NCBI GenBank assembly: GCA_051313645.2
Contig: JBNRSN020000006.1
Coordinates: 59,458,001 to 59,522,000 of the forward strand
From: Centroscyllium fabricii
Taxonomy: Eukaryota
Direction: 5' to 3'
Length of the DNA stretch: 64,000 nucleotides
Below the pieces are notes generated by a model. That model searched no databases and was not told the origin of the DNA. It saw only the letters and a list, made by a program, of their open reading frames with translations. The position numbers were made by a program, and so were the translations under genes. Below, piece by piece: positions 48,898 to 59,790 of the stretch. The first letter of the stretch is position 1; each line of letters begins with the position of its first letter.

Positions 48898-49482
48898 TGG
48901 GAAAGCCGGTGAAAGAGAACGTCAGCTTATTTTTGACAGATGGATTGTCATAATTTGACAGCTTTAAGAAGCTGTCAGTCACTGACAATCTCTGTTCTTT
49001 GGTGAGTCCTTGTACTCAAGACTCACCAAACCTCTTTCCTGAGCAGAAATTAGATGGCTGTTGTATCGGCGAATGCAGCAGCTATTCTGTCATCTCTGCC
49101 GTGGAGATGAGGCAGCTCCACAGCCTAAAGGGATGAAGCCTGGAGGAAGAAGCAAAGTTTAGTAATCTTATTAAAACACTTTAGAAACACCTCACATACT
49201 TACCTCTCCACACTTACGCTCATCACTCATCTGCACACCGGCCATTTTGGCCCCTCCAAACACCGCAGACCCACGGCTCGCCTCGCTGACCCTGGCGAGG
49301 TTCGGAGCCATCGGGAAGCCCACACTTTAGAGCGTAAAATAGGGATTAGCCAAAAAACTGCCTGTTAACTACCTGTTAATTGGCACTAATCCCCTTCCTG
49401 CCTCGAGGAGACAGGCCCCGGCACGGGTCGGGTACCCGCCTCCTAGGAAGATGGCCCAGAGGCGGGTTAGGAGCAGGATGGG

Positions 49483-52400
49483 TGTGGTGAACCATTTAGT
49501 GTAGTTCACACTGTGTTATTATTGTATATAGTTTGTGCTAATAAAGTTGTTCCTTTCTGTAAGCACCTGGACCAGCTGACCCCGCCTCCGGGTATGAGTA
49601 TAAAGGAGGATGCTCCGCCCACCTGACTCTCATTCCGGGCAGGACTCATCACAGACCAGGTCTTGTTCTTAGCGAATAAAAGCCTTTGATTGCGATCCAT
49701 GAAAGACTGGTGTGATTGATTAGCGCATCAATTTTATTCGCTAAGATTTACAATGGGTGATGAGCCAGGACAGAGCCAACAGCCAGCTGCACCAGACACC
49801 TGGAGATCGATCCTCAAGCCGAAGACTCTCGACCTCAACCCCCAGGCACCGAACTCTTCGAACGATTTCGAGCACTGGCTGAGCTGCTTCGAGTCGCTTC
49901 TGGTGGTGGCCGGAGTCAGCGTTACGCACAGAAGACGGGTCCTAGTCTCCTGCGTCAGTGGCAGGGTCTTTGCAATCATCAAGAACGCTACTGACTATGA
50001 TGCAGCATTGGAGCTACAGAGGGCTCGGTACCTCCAGCCTGTCAACGCCGTCTACGCTCGCCATCTACTCGCCACGCGGAGGCAACAGCCTGGTGAGTCG
50101 AACGAGGAGTACCTGGAGGCTCTACAGGCTCTCGCTCTGCGCTGCGATTGTGCACCCGTTAACACCCAGGAGCACATGGACCTCCTCGTCCGCAATGCCT
50201 ACGTGGCAGGAATCCGATCGGCCCCAGAGCGCACCCGCCTGATCGAGCAGGATGATTTGTCCCTGAACCAGGCGGTGAAGCTTTCCAATGCGGTGGATGG
50301 GGCCCTCCGCAGCCTGGGTTCGTACATGGGGCACGGCTCCCACACGGTTTCCCCAGGGCCTTGGAACTCACGTTTAACGCCCTCGACGGCAACCGTGGTG
50401 GCCACGGCGCCATCCGGAAAGCCAGCGCCCCTGAAATGCCATTTTTGTGGCCAGAAATGCCACCCACGAAGCTCCTGCCCAGCGAAGTCGGCATCCTGCT
50501 CCAGGTGTGGCAAGAAGGGCCACTTTGTGAAGGTCTGCCGATCGGCCCCGGAATCTACAAAGAAAACAGCAGCAGCCTGCAATCTCTACGCCACAGAGTG
50601 GCCTCAGGTACCTGGCGCCCCCCAACAGTTTTTTTCTAAACAACCTACCTTGCCTCGGGTGCGGCCTGCCAGCGCCATTTCCCGTGTTCTGCCGTGTTCC
50701 TCCATCGCTGAAACGTGGTCGCCGTCGCCATCTTTGGGGGGCGTGGCCTTCTTCATGCCTGGAACGGCTCGAACGGGCGGCAGAGGCCCCGCCCCATCAC
50801 GTTACGCCGCCATCTCCCCGCGTCACGTCAGCAGCGGTCCCGCCCCATCACGTGACGATGCCATCTTGGTGCAGGACGGCCTGCATACCTACAGCGGAGG
50901 GCCTGACGCCATCTTTGTACAGGACAATTTTTAAAGCACCGGCTGCTGCAGCAACTAGTAACTTTAAATCTACCTCAGTGGTTCTGGCAGCTGCAAAAGA
51001 CTACTCCAGACCACTTCAGCATCCGGGTGCTGCTACTGCGCCGCGAGCCCTTTGGTCTTCCCGACGGCATTCTGGGAGACTCACTCACCGGTCCGAAACA
51101 CCACCGCGGCCTGCCGCGTGCGAATCACGGGCGCCGCCACCAGCCGCGGACCCTGCATCGCACAAGGGCCCCAGCGCGCACACCACACTTGCCTCTACGG
51201 CCCCGAACCCGGCTCTTGCTTTAGCAACGATGACCACCCGGGTGGAGGGGCACCTCACCTGCTGTCTGTTCGACACTGGGAGTACGGAGAGCTTTATACA
51301 CCCTGATACAGTGCGCCGTTATTCCCTCAGGGTTAGGCCCATGCATCGTAAAATCTCCCTCGCCTCCGAGTCCCAGACTGTGGACATCATCGGCTGCTGT
51401 ACAGTCACCATTACCGTGAAGGGGACGACATACCGCAATTTTCCACTGTACGTCCTCCCACAGCTCTGTGCCCCTGTGTTGCTTGGCCTGCATTTCCAGT
51501 GCCATCTGCAGAGCTTAACGATGGCGTACGGTGGTCCCCTGCCTCCTCTCATGGTCAGCAGCCATGACTGCCCTGCCTCACAACCACACTCCTCTTGTGG
51601 TCTCTCTACCTTGAAGATAGACCCCCCCTCGCTGTTCGCCAACCTTGACCCTGACTGCAAGCCCATTGCAACCAAGAGTCGGCGATACAGCGCGGGGGAC
51701 CGCACCTTTATTAAGGCAGAGGTTGCCCGGTTGTTGCGGGAGGGCATCATCGAGGCCAGTAACAGCCCGTGGCAGGCCCAGGTGGTAGTGGTTAAGTCAG
51801 GCAACAAACAGCGCATGGTCATTGACTATAGTCAGACCATTAACCGCTACACTGGGCTCGACGCTTATCCGCTTCCTAGGATAAATGATATGGTCAACCA
51901 GATTGCCCAGTATAAGTTCTTCTCCACCATCGACCTTAAGTCGGCCTATCACCAGCTCCCCATCAGAGCTGAGGACCGTAAATACACTGCCTTTGAGGCA
52001 AATGGGCGCCTTTTTCACTTCCTCCGGGTCCCCTTTGGGGTTACCAATGGAGTTTCGGTCTTCCAACGGGAGATGGACCGAATGGTTGACCAGTACCATT
52101 TGCAGGCCACATTCCCGTATTTGGACAATGTCACGATCTGCGGCCATGATCAGCAAGATCACAATGCCAATTTGGACAGGTTTCTCCGTACGGCCCAGCG
52201 TCTGAACCTCACTTACAATGAGGATAAGTGTGTTTTCAACACTAACCGGTTGGCTATCCTTGGCTACGTAATTGAGAACGGGGTCCTCGGTCCTGATCCC
52301 GAACGTATGCGCCCCCTTCAGGAGCTGCCTCTGCCGCACTCCCCCAAATCTTTGAGGAGATGCCTGGGGTTTTTCTCGTATTATGCACAATGGGTTCCCC

Positions 52401-54415
52401 ATTATGCTGATAAGGCCCGGCCTCTCCTCAGAGCTACCTCCTTCCCGCTCCCATTAGAGGCCCAAACTGCTTTTTCACATATTAAGGAGGACATCATCAA
52501 GGCAACCATGCACGCTATTGATGAGTCTCTCCCCTTCCAGGTCGAAAGCGACGCCTCAGACTTCGCCCTGGCCGCCACCCTCAACCAGGCAGGCAGGCCC
52601 ATTGCTTTCTTCTCCCATACCCTACAGGGCCCTGAAGTCCGCCACTCTTCAGTGGAAAAGGAGGCCCAAGCAATCGTGGAAGCAGTGCGCCACTGGCACC
52701 ACTATTTGGCCGGTAAGCATTTTACCCTTCTTACTGACCAGCGGTCAGTAGCGTTTATGTTCCACCATAAACAGAAGGGTAAGATCAAGAATGACAAGAT
52801 CCTCAGGTGGCGGGTCGAACTCTCCGCCTTTGAGTACGATATTCTGTACCGGCCAGGGAAGCTTAACGATCCCCCGGATGCCCTGTCTTGAGGATCGTGT
52901 GCCAGCACCCAGTCGGGTAGTCTGAACACCCTCCACGCTAATCTCTGCCACCCGGGGGTCACCAGGCTCGCTCACTTCGTCAAATCACACAATCTCCCTT
53001 ATTCCATTGCGGAGATCAAGGCAATGACGCAGGAGTGCCCTGTCTGTGCTGAGTGCAAGCCCCAGTTTTACAGGCCTGACAGGGCGCACCTCATCAAGGC
53101 CACCCGCCCATTCGAGCGCCTGAGTGTGGACTTCAAATGTCCCCTCCCCTCTACCAATCGTAACTCGTACATCCCCACTGTGGTCGACGAGTTCTCCCGT
53201 TTCCCTTTTGCATTCCCATGCACAGATATGACGAGTGCAACAGTGATAAAGCATTTTGTCACGCTATTCGCCATTTTCAGCCTCCCCGGCTTCGTACACA
53301 GCGACCGGGGGTCCTCTTTTATGAGCGACGAACTGCGTCACTTTCTGCTCGCGAGGGGGGTTGCCTCGAGCAGAATGACCAGTTACAACCCCCGGGGGAA
53401 TGGCCAGGTAGAGCGGTTTAATGGGACCATCTGGAAGGCCATTTCTCTGGCCCTTCGATCCAAAGGCCTTCCAACCTCCCACTGCCTGGAGGTCCTCCAG
53501 GATGCGCTCCACTCTACTCGTTCCCTTTTGTGTACAGCTACCGGTTGCACTCCTCACGAGAGACTCTTCTCTTTCCCCAGGAAATCGACTTCGGGGACGT
53601 CGCTGCCGACGTGGCTTACCAATCCGGGGCCGGTCCTGCTTCGTAGACATGTCCGGGGGCACAAGACGGACCCTCTTGTGAAACGTGTACGCCTGCTGCA
53701 TGCCAACCCTCAGTACGCTTACGTGGAGTTCCCAGATGGGCGTGAGGATACCGTCTCGATTAGAGACCTCGCGCCCGCTGGAGACGTTCACGGGGAGTTG
53801 TTGGCGGAGCCCTTGCCCTCCCAGGTCGCACTTCCACAACAGGGGCCTACTGTTCATTCACCGGCACACATTACATCGGGGCCCTTGCCACCTACAATGC
53901 ACGACGGAGTTCATCATGTTGCTCAACCTCCGGCGGCTGCTACACCTCCTCCAGATCTTCCTGTGTATGAACCTACTCTTCCACCGGTGGAGTCCCTGGT
54001 CACTTCGGGAGCTCCGTCAGCATCTTTTCCGATTGCGACTACTCCCGCTTTTTCTTGTGATTCGCCATTGCTTCGCAGGTCTTCTCAGACTGTTCGATCT
54101 CCTCAAAGACTGATAACGCAGTGCTGATGTTCGCCCCGCGGGACTTGTGTTTTAAGGAAGGGGTGAATATGGTGAACCATTTAGTGTAGTTCACACTGTG
54201 TTATTATTGTATATAGTTTGTGCTAATAAAGTTGTTCCTTTCTGTAAGCACCTGGACCAGCTGACCCCGCCTCCGGGTATGAGTATAAAGGAGGATGCTC
54301 CGCCCACCTGACTCTCATTCCGGGCAGGAATCATCGCGGACCAGGTCTTGTTCTTAGCGAATAAAAGCCTTTGATTACGATCCACGAAAGACTGGCGTGA
54401 TTGATTAGCGCATCA
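49483..54415 (+). mobile_element. G5: Gypsy LTR retrotransposon (PBS-less lineage), best-preserved copy
   Basis: 248-bp LTRs at 49483-49730 and 54168-54415 (about 7 mismatches); TSD ATGGG; PPT AAGGAAGGGGTGAA at 54154-54167. Confidence 0.97.
49753..54127 (+). pseudogene. G5 gag-pol (one frame change, one TGA at 52889)
   Basis: Gag with CHFCG and CSRCGKKGHFVKVC; CLFDTGSTES; YLDNVT; VESDASD; integrase ORF 53024-54127 in frame with the pol ORF after a probable CGA>TGA change. Confidence 0.95.
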
Positions 54416-55010
54416 ATGGGTACCCGCGCCCAGATTCTGCTATTTTCCTGGCAGACCCGCCTATATACCCACCTCCCCAGTGCTGGTAAACCCCCCCACC
54501 CCTACATTTCAGGTCGATGGCCTTTCATCAGAACTGGAAAATGTTACAGATGTAACAGATTTTAAGCAAGTGCAGGGTCAGGGAAAGGGGGGAGGGGAGG
54601 AAAGAACAAAAGGGACAGTCTGAGATAGGGTGGAAGACAGGAGAGATTAAATGAGAACGGGGATGATGGTGCAAGGCAAAAGGAGATGGTAATGGGACAA
54701 GTAAAGAAACAAAAGATGGGTCTAGAGGAGGTGTAAATGGCGATTGCAGAATCATCAACAGCTGCCATGTGAAAAATAGGGGCAGAGGTTACGGTCTGAA
54801 ATTGTTGAACTCAATGTTGAGTCCTGAAGACTGTAAAGTGCCGAATCGAAAGATAAGATGCTCTTCCTCGAGCTTATGTTGAGCTTTATTGGAACAGTGC
54901 AAGAGGCCGAAGATGGTGAAGTCAGAGTGGTAGTGGAGCGGAGAATTAAAGTGACAGGCGACCGGAAGCCTCGGCACTTGCTTCAAACCTGTTACTTCTC
55001 TAACTTTTTC

Positions 55011-55044
55011 CAGTTCTGACGAAGGGTCATTGACCTGAAACGTT
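55011..55044 (+). ncRNA. Penelope-type hammerhead ribozyme, split at its cleavage site by a MITE
   Basis: AGTT-CTGACGA-AGGGTCA-T-TGACCT-GAAA-CGTT then the insertion, with stem I partner AACT at 55784. A second copy lies on the minus strand at 54503-54536 plus 48546-48552. Confidence 0.7.
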
Positions 55045-55780
55045 GGGGGTGGGGGGCGGGGAATATCATGTCCCCGTGAGGTGGGGTTTTCGGCGGCTCG
55101 GCCGGCAAAATAGTGCAACCAGTGGGTCACGATCCCTCCCCCCCTGGCGGCCGGCGGGGATGGGTTGTCACCTCGTTAAGGGCCCTTAATTGGCATGTTT
55201 AATGCCTTTTTAATGGCCCTCAGCCATTTTGAGCCATTTCCCACCCGAACCCCATCACCTTAAACCCCGCTGGGTAAAACCCAGCGGGAGCACAGCGCTG
55301 GTCATTACTTTCTCCTTCAAGGTGTGAAGGACATGTTGCCAAATGCTTGGCATGCCTCCAGCACCTTAGAGGAGCAAGTTACTCCATTATCTGCACCAGC
55401 TGTTAGCAAAAACTGAGAAATCTCCACTTTGCACATTTCCTCACAGCCAGTGTAAGCTGTCAAGGATCCGGAGCCCGCCTGCCCACCTGTCAGTCACCAG
55501 CACTTGACATTTCCCATTGGTTCCACCCGACTTTGATGTCACAGTGGAGTGTTTCCATGGGAACTGTCAACAACCAGAGCTGGAACTGTCAATCAAGCTC
55601 CTCGCAGCCCCGCTGTAGCCTGACTCGATTGAGTTAATTACCACCCGCTGCCGCCAGCAGGGATTTAGCAACTCAATTAAATTAAAATTGCGTGGGCTTC
55701 CCAGGCCCTTGTGCGGGTGGGGCAGGAACCCGCCCAGACCAATCCCCGCCAGGTTCCCACACTTCCGGCCAAATCCCCCC
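55045..55780. mobile_element. Harbinger-type MITE
   Basis: GGGGG...AAATCCCCCC ends; TSD GTT/ATT. Confidence 0.65.
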
Positions 55781-56189
55781 ATTAACTCTGTTTCTCTCTC
55801 CACAGATGCTGCCTGACCTGCTGAGTGTTTCCACCATTTTCTGTTTCTATTTCTGATTTCCAGCATCCGCAGTATTTTGCTTTTGTAGTGAGGTTTAAAT
55901 ATTTGTTTTATATTGGAGATCATGTAACATTCTGTTTCCATTAGTGAAAAGACTACGAGATGCGATCCAACCTTTTAAAGTGCTGAGATAATATACATGA
56001 AAATAGGCTATTTAAATTGATCATAAAACTACAAGGCACAGTATGAAAATTAACAGGCCTCAAATGGAAATGAAGATTACTAGGATATCTGGAATAGATT
56101 TGCAATTAAAGGAATTATTGGGAGAAGATGGAAAGGTTTGTGAGTGAAAGATTTTGTCTGGATGACAAGCAGCAGTGAGTCAGTGGATG

Positions 56190-56716
56190 GTCACCTTATC
56201 TGAGGAAGGATGTTCTTGCCATGGAAGCAGTTCAGCGAAGGTTCACAAGGGATGGCAGGAATGACGTATGAGGAGAGATTGGGTCGATTGGGCTTATACT
56301 CGCTGGAGTTTATAAGAATGAGAGGGGATCTCATCGAAACTTATAAAATTCTGACAGGTCTGGACAAACAAGATGCAGGAAGAATGTTCCTGATGGTCGG
56401 AGAGTCCAGAACCAGGGGGCACAGTCTAAGCATAAGGGGTAGGCCATTCAGGACAGTGATGAGGAAGAATTTCTTCACCCAGAGAGTGGTGAACCTGTGG
56501 AATTCTCCACCACAGAATGTAGTTGAGGCCAAGTCATTAAATATATTCAAAAAGGAGTTAGATATAATTCTTAGAGCTAAAGGTATCAAGGGATATGGGG
56601 AGAAGGCAGGAACAGGGTACTGAGTTTGGATGATCAGCCATGATCTCATCGAATGGTGGAGCAGGCTCGAGGGGCTGAATGGCCTACTCCTGCTCCTATC
56701 TTCTATGTTTCTATGC
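56190..56716 (+). mobile_element. CR1 3' end
   Basis: YEERLGRLGLYSLE..RMRGDLIETYKI...; tail ttctatgtttctatg. Confidence 0.93.
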
Positions 56717-56929
56717 CCTCACCTGTCCCAAATCAGTCCAAAATCAGACAGAAAGGGAACACATAATCCCAGCTAGGATCTGCTCTAAAGTTGTTCTAAA
56801 CCTAGTTTTTAACCCCACATGTACCGAAGCAGCTTTTGTGGCACTGCTCTCTCCTGGTTCTAGTCGCACCTGTCTGAAAGACAGCATTACACATCCCCGC
56901 AATGGTTTTTCTCTTTTTATTGCATGTTA

Positions 56930-57320
56930 AATTCTGGGACCCTCTTCTTCATCATCTATATGCTTCCACATGGTGTCACCATCCAGAGGCCTGGTTCCAG
57001 TTTTACCTTTTCATCCCCTCACTTTATCCCATGGCTGTTCCTCAGCTCTCCAACTGCCTATCTGACATAAAATCTTGGCTGAATCTGAATTTCCTCCAGT
57101 TTAACATAGGCAAAAGTGAAGTCATTCATTTTGAATCCCATCAGCTCCTGCTTGTATCTGTTTTGAACTCCATCAACTTCTCTACTGTTGCAGAACTTGG
57201 CACGTTGCTTCATCCTGAATTGAATTTACATCTCACATCCCAAGTCTTTTTCTTCACAAAGTGGCCTGCTTACACCCCTTCTTCCCCACTGCCATCAAAC
57301 CTTTAATAATCCATGACCTT
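56930..57320 (+). mobile_element. Degraded L2 LINE RT fragment
   Basis: LSNCLSDIKSWLNLNFLQFNIGKSEVI motif. Confidence 0.7.
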
Positions 57321-57676
57321 GGATTTCCACCGTGCGGTGAAAACCCCATTTAAGTCAGTAGACGAGGATTCCTTTGCACTTCCAAAAGTATAGGGGGGAA
57401 TTTTTGGGGGATCAGTGGAGGCGTTTGGTGGCGGGTTGGGTGGGAAAAATGTTTTTTGACCGGGTAGGGAACCCTCTGTCAACCCGCCTCCATGCGAGTC
57501 TCCCAGATGCCAGGTCTGTCATTGCAGAACAGACTCAACACCAAGCGGCGGGGGAGGCAATTTCAATCAATAGCTAGATTGTTAAAAGGCAATTAAATAC
57601 TATTTTAAGCTTACCTTTAGATTTTTAGAGTTCGCCAACAGTTTCCCTGTTATCAGGTATTATGACAGATAAGGAG

Positions 57677-57862
57677 TGTGGTAACCGTTATTACTGTTAT
57701 TACCACTGTAATAGTGAAGCACAACACTGTACATAGTTTTGTATTGCGACACTGTCGCAGGGTCAGGTCAGCCACACCTCTAACTCCTCCCCTCAGGTGA
57801 GTGCCTTTTAGGTGGGGTCTGACCTGCCCCCATTCATTCTGTACCTGATGTTCGACCAGAGC
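57677..57862 (+). mobile_element. Truncated LTR of the G4 family
   Basis: tgtggtaaccgtta...gtattgcgacactgtcgc...ctctaactcctcccctcaggtgagtgc is the reverse complement of the G4 LTR. Confidence 0.85.
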
Positions 57863-57968
57863 TTTTGCCCCTTCATCAGGCGAAAGACGAAGGGGCAAAA
57901 GCTCCGAAAGCTTGTGATTTAAAATAAAACTGTTGGACTATAATCTGGTGTTGTGTGACTTCTTGCAT
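57860..57968 (+). mobile_element. Penelope pseudo-LTR fragment with inverted junction
   Basis: Hairpin gagcttttgccccttc / gaaggggcaaaagctc followed by the same tail as 17132-17192. Confidence 0.75.
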
Positions 57969-58792
57969 TTCTCCATAGTGAACACAGGTGCAAAATATTC
58001 ATTTGAAACCTCACCTACATCTTCCGGCTCTACACACAAATTGCCACTTTGGTCCCTAATGGGCCCTACTCTTTCCCTGGCTATCCTCTTGTCCTTAATA
58101 TACTCATAAAACACCTTGGTATTTTCCTTTATTATGCCCGCCAATGTTTTTCCATGCCCCCTCTTCGCTCTCCTAATTTCTTTTTTAAGTACCCCCCTGC
58201 ACTTTCTATACTCCTTTAGGGCTTCCATTGTTTTTAGTCCTTTGTATCTGCCAAAAGCCTCCCTTTTTTTCCTCATCCATTCTTGTATATCCCTTGACAT
58301 CCAAGGTTCCCTGGGCATGTTGGTCCCACCCTTGACCTTTCTGGGAACATGTTAGCGTTGTACACACTCTATTTCCTTTCTGAAAGACTCCCATTGCTCT
58401 GATGTGGATTTTCCTACAAGTAGCTGATCCCAGTCCATTTTAGCCAGATCCTGCCTTATCATATTAAATTTGGCCTTCCCCCAATATAAAACCTTTATTT
58501 CCAGTGCATCTTTGTCCTTTTCCATGACTACCTTAAATCTGACCGAATGATGGCCACTGTCACCAAAATGCTCTCTTACTGACCCACCTACCACTTGCCC
58601 GGCTACATTCCCTAGAATTAGGTCCAGTACCGCCCCCTCTCTTGTCGGACTTTCTACATGCTGGCTCAAAAAGCTCTTCTTGATGCACTTTAAGAATTCC
58701 ACACCCTCTAAGCCTTTCACACTCTGACTATCCCAGTTAATATTTGGGAAGTTGAAATCCCCTACTATTATTACCCTATTATTTCTACACTT
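57966..58792 (-). mobile_element. CR1 ORF2 fragment (endonuclease end / linker)
   Basis: SQHVESPTREGAVLDLILGN, HFGDSGHHSVRF, EPWMSRDIQ. Confidence 0.9.
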
Positions 58793-59322
58793 GTGTTACC
58801 ATGGGATGATTTCTAAACGTGACCGCTGCAAATGGTCTATAAAAGCTTCCATTTCATAGGTCTTCACTTTACAAGGTTAGAAGCTGTTGCTTGTTGCATT
58901 TGGAAGCCAGATTGAGCTTTATGCAGCTTGCAAGTGTTTGGAATAAACTCTCTATCCAGTGTCACCTCATTGGAACAACCTGTCTTAACATTGACAGATC
59001 GCTTCTGTCATCTCAACCTCACCTGCCATCTATTCCATCAGCATCGTGCCCTTGAAACTATCTCACCTTGTTCCTCAGAATCACACCACGATCAGCCCCA
59101 ACATCAGCAGCACAAGACACACCAGCAGCGCCAACAACAACAACAACCTTCTCCGCAATCACCTGATGCTGCACAGGACAGAGGGCATCAGCACCCAACC
59201 ATATTGCTGCCTGGGATGCCAGGGATGGCCTCAGCATGATCAAATTTACTTCACTTGACGCTGTACACTCTGGCTGCCACATGATGCGCCAGGTTGGCAC
59301 CATCCCACACCAACACCAACAA

Positions 59323-59790
59323 AATAGAAACATAGAAGATAGGAGCAGGAGTAGGCCATTCGGCCCCTCAAGCCTGCTCCACCATTCAATGCGATCATGG
59401 CTGATCATCCAAATTTAGTACCCGGTCCCTTCTTTCTCCCCACACCCCTTGATCCCTTTAGCATCAAGAAATATATCCAACTCCTTCTTGAATATATTTA
59501 ATGTATTGGCCTCTACTGCCTTCTGTGGTAGATAATTCCACAGGTTCACCACTCTCTGGGTGAAGAGTTCCTCCTCATTTCTGTCCTAAATGGCCTACCC
59601 CTTATCTTTAGACTGTGACCCCTGATGCTGGATTCCCCGACCATTGAGAACATCCTACCTGCATCCAGTCTGTCCAGTCCTGTCAGAATTTTATAAGTTT
59701 CAATGAGATCCCCTCTCATTCTTCTAAACTCCAGTGAGTACAAGCCCAATCGACCCAATCTCTCCTCATACATCATTCCTGCCATCCCTA
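59323..59790 (-). mobile_element. CR1 3' end
   Basis: atagaaacatagaagatagg tail; YEERLGRLGLYSLEFRRMRGDLIETYK. Confidence 0.92.

Larger units (their letters stand above)
48553..54502. mobile_element. Harbinger-type MITE (host of G5 and a LINE tail)
   Basis: GGGGGTG...CACCCC ends; TSD AAC/TAC. Confidence 0.65.
48483..55888. mobile_element. Penelope-like element with inverted pseudo-LTRs and GIY-YIG C-terminal remnant, interrupted by MITEs and G5
   Basis: pLTR halves at 48483-48552 plus 54503-54580 are inverted relative to 54975-55044 plus 55781-55888; the minus-strand ORF remnant PVACHFNSP..H.....GLLHC...KLEEEHLIFRFGTLQSSGLNIEF is typical of the Penelope endonuclease C-terminus. Confidence 0.8.

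Noticed and set aside
50620-50940. Programmed gag-pol frameshift in G5
   Set aside because: Comparison with G2 and G4 suggests an ancestrally single gag-pol frame; a homopolymer indel is the simpler explanation.
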